The notes beneath the pieces were generated by a model. The model made no database searches, was not told the DNA's origin, and was given only the letters and a program-made list of their open reading frames with translations. Shown here piece by piece: positions 61,884 to 64,000 of a DNA stretch of 64,000 bases; positions within the stretch are counted from its first letter, which is position 1, and the number at the start of each line of letters is the position of its first letter. Source of the DNA: an uncultured archaeon (GTDB taxonomy: Archaea; Micrarchaeota; Micrarchaeia; Micrarchaeales; CABMGC01); contig CAWBCT010000005.1 in the NCBI GenBank assembly GCA_963787445.1, positions 256,001-320,000 on the forward strand, written 5' to 3'. Both the position numbers and the translations under genes were made by a program.

Positions 61884-62591
61884 ATGGACCATAGAGAGAA
61901 TCAGGACCAAAATACTTACCAGAAGGAGCTTGAGCAGAGCAAGAAGGAGGACCCGAACAAGTATGACGACAAGGTCATGATTGACGGCCATCCGTTCCGA
62001 ATTCCCTACAAGATAATAAAGGAGGCCGTCTGGTCAGGCGTGAGCAAGGATGAGATGGTCAGCATGGAACATGCGGCCAGGATCCAGTACCGGTTGATGC
62101 TCCTCGAGCCCATAATCAGGGCCAAGATAGAGTTCATGAAGCAGAAGGTAACGATAATCTACAACCCCGACACTGCGGTGAATAGAAAAGAGAAGATCAG
62201 CATGGAGGAGCTGGTGAAGTTCATGGCGACAGAGGGGGTGAAGCTTGACCCGAACAAGGCCGAGATGCGCGACTTTGATTATGTTAACGAGATGTACAAG
62301 TACCAGTTCGACCCTCCGACAGTAAGGGAGAGACCGCCCTACGGCTATACCATGGAGGAGTGGAAGAAGATGAAGGGAGAGTACACCACCAAGATAAACG
62401 AGTCCAAGGTGGCGAGCGAGAGCAAGTTCAAGGGCTGGCAGGACAGCTATGCGGGCCAGCACCCGGAGGTCTTTGGCCAGAGTGTTGTTGCTGCGGCACC
62501 AGCAAAGAAGCCAACGCTGATGCAGAAACTTTTTGGCAAGAAAGATGGGAAGAAGAAAGACGAGAAGCAGTTTTGGTTCCACGGAGTCTAG
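61884..62591 (+). CDS. Hypothetical protein downstream of tes (possible HMA-like fold lacking CxxC)
   Basis: 235-aa ORF; A.RIQ..L...I..AKI......TIIYNP pattern. Confidence 0.6.
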   Translation: MDHRENQDQNTYQKELEQSKKEDPNKYDDKVMIDGHPFRIPYKIIKEAVWSGVSKDEMVSMEHAARIQYRLMLLEPIIRAKIEFMKQKVTIIYNPDTAVNRKEKISMEELVKFMATEGVKLDPNKAEMRDFDYVNEMYKYQFDPPTVRERPPYGYTMEEWKKMKGEYTTKINESKVASESKFKGWQDSYAGQHPEVFGQSVVAAAPAKKPTLMQKLFGKKDGKKKDEKQFWFHGV

Positions 62592-62624
62592 AATAGTTAA
62601 TTTAGTAATCTCTAGACGGCCTTA

Positions 62625-63038
62625 TCAGTTACCTAATAGTTTTGATAAATAACTTGTCTTAAATGTTTTAAGTTGAACTTTGTTGTCATAATCAAGATCA
62701 TTTGTCCAGATGCCATCGCAATTCAATGCGAGATAACAAGCAACATAGGGAACATCGGTTAAGTCGTTTCCCATTATTTCTTTGGCCTCTTCAATCTTGG
62801 CCTTGTAATCACTTAACTGTATTGTGCGGATTCTTTTTGACAGCAATATTATTAATAGGTCCAATTCTGTAACTGAGATTTTTGCTTTCTTAGCTATGTA
62901 GTTTTTATGTTTATCCAGTTCGTCGCGTATATAATCTGGTGAAATTAAAGTAAATTTGCCGCTAGTAATTATTTCCCTAGCTTTGCTATCTTTAATCAGC
63001 GCTGCAATTATACTATTTGCGTCTACAACAAGGATCAT
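62625..63038 (-). CDS. PIN-domain (VapC-like) toxin
   Basis: VVDANSI, D..DVPYVA, IWTND. Confidence 0.9.
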   Translation of the reverse strand: MILVVDANSIIAALIKDSKAREIITSGKFTLISPDYIRDELDKHKNYIAKKAKISVTELDLLIILLSKRIRTIQLSDYKAKIEEAKEIMGNDLTDVPYVACYLALNCDGIWTNDLDYDNKVQLKTFKTSYLSKLLGN

Positions 63039-63259
63039 AGTAACCCGTGTCGTTTGGCTATGCCTTCTTTTATTCTTCTACCAATTTCTAGGGCATCTTT
63101 TTCTGTTAATTTACTCTTTGAAAGTATTTCGTCCATAAGTTTTAGTTCTCCGGCCTTCTCTATCATCGCCTGCCTTGCGACTTCACTCCATTTTATTTCT
63201 TTGTGTTTTTTCATCACAGCAGTTAGCTCTGTGGGTATTGCTAAGGTCATATTTGTCAT
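63035..63259 (-). CDS. RHH/VapB-like antitoxin
   Basis: MTNMTLAIP.EL...MKKH.EIKWSEVARQA; ATGA overlap with PIN gene. Confidence 0.88.
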   Translation of the reverse strand: MTNMTLAIPTELTAVMKKHKEIKWSEVARQAMIEKAGELKLMDEILSKSKLTEKDALEIGRRIKEGIAKRHGLL

Positions 63260-63389
63260 ATCATCACTAGTGAATGTAATACGTAGAATAAGTATAAATA
63301 CTTATCTATGTGGGTCTATTGTTTCGGAGCAGGGACGACATATTTATTAAATCATCGTGAGAAGAGAGTACGTTACACAAGGCGTCAGA

Positions 63390-63911
63390 ATGAACGTAGC
63401 AGTACTCCTAACCCCTAAGGACTTCCGCGACGAGACCATGGCAAAGGCCATGGAGCTCATGCAGAAGTGGGACATAGGGATCTTCGTAGCGGGCTACAAC
63501 AAAGACGAGTGCGTCGGCTACCATGGCGCAGTCTACACCCCGAAGATTCTCGCTTCAGAGATAACCACGGACAACTTCGACGCAATGTTCATACCGGATG
63601 GGGCAGGGATAGAGACATTCAAGCTGTACGACCAGCGTGCTCTGCTGGACATCGTAAGGCACTTCAAGGAGAAGGGGAAGGTGCTCGCCTGCGTGAACAA
63701 CGCGATAAAGGTACTCGCACGGGCGAACGTCATAACGAACACCAAGATTGCCTGCGTGAAGGATGCAGAGACGGCGAGGCTGGTCCAGCTCTTCCACGGA
63801 AAGATAACGGCAAGCCCCGTCGAGTCGGACGGCAACATACTTACCTCGGCGAACAGCGAGAACACCTACGAGCTGATCGACCTTCTTCTGGACAAGCTCG
63901 GCGCAAGATAA
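63390..63911 (+). CDS. DJ-1/PfpI family protein
   Basis: DFRDE, FDAMFIPDG.G, VESDGNILTSA. Confidence 0.85.
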   Translation: MNVAVLLTPKDFRDETMAKAMELMQKWDIGIFVAGYNKDECVGYHGAVYTPKILASEITTDNFDAMFIPDGAGIETFKLYDQRALLDIVRHFKEKGKVLACVNNAIKVLARANVITNTKIACVKDAETARLVQLFHGKITASPVESDGNILTSANSENTYELIDLLLDKLGAR

Positions 63912-63945
63912 GGTTATTAAGTCTGCGTGGGGCAAATACTACTGC

Positions 63946-64000
63946 GCCGGGATGGCAGAATCCGGTATCGCGCCAGTAACATTTTGGCGAAACTCGAGAT
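63946..64000 (+). tRNA. tRNA-Ser(CGA), 5' part, with 15-nt intron at 30/31 (63977-63991); truncated by window end
   Basis: GCCGGGA-TG-GCAGAATCCGGTATCGC-G-CCAG[TAACATTTTGGCGAA]A-CT-CGA-GA-T; CGCC/GGCG helix with AG^T and AA^A bulges. Confidence 0.8.

Noticed and set aside
62625-63259. PIN toxin-antitoxin pair as a novel system
   Set aside because: Ordinary archaeal VapBC-type module.

Overview
Archaeal chromosomal window, most consistent with a DPANN Micrarchaeota-type genome. That assignment is an inference from non-canonical tRNA introns, a DUF929+VKOR pair, pilin-anchored LamG surface proteins, and the rpl21e/fibrillarin/TBP/Hef genes. 1-25 kb is mainly a surface-glycosylation island (GT2/GT4/GT9, FkbM methyltransferases, rmlABCD, sugar C-methyltransferase). 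From about 5 to 23 kb its genes carry many single-base frameshifts, probably consensus errors. 25-64 kb is mostly housekeeping and surface genes: rtcB, archease, flpA, rsmA, rpl21e, ahcY, hisS, trxA, Hef, RecJ-like, exosortase, pilins, and a Tes/GDGT-MAS radical SAM enzyme. There are eight tRNA genes, four of them with introns, including non-canonical positions 13/14, 30/31 and 58/59. Notable features, most not in the ORF track: a 55-aa, 11-Cys metallothionein-like peptide; a 576-bp AT-rich integrase-less mini-element (AbrB-like + HNH) bounded by a duplicated tRNA-Ile 3' end; a double-guide C/D box sRNA aimed at the 23S peptidyl-transferase centre; and a stand-alone single-repeat (half) TBP.
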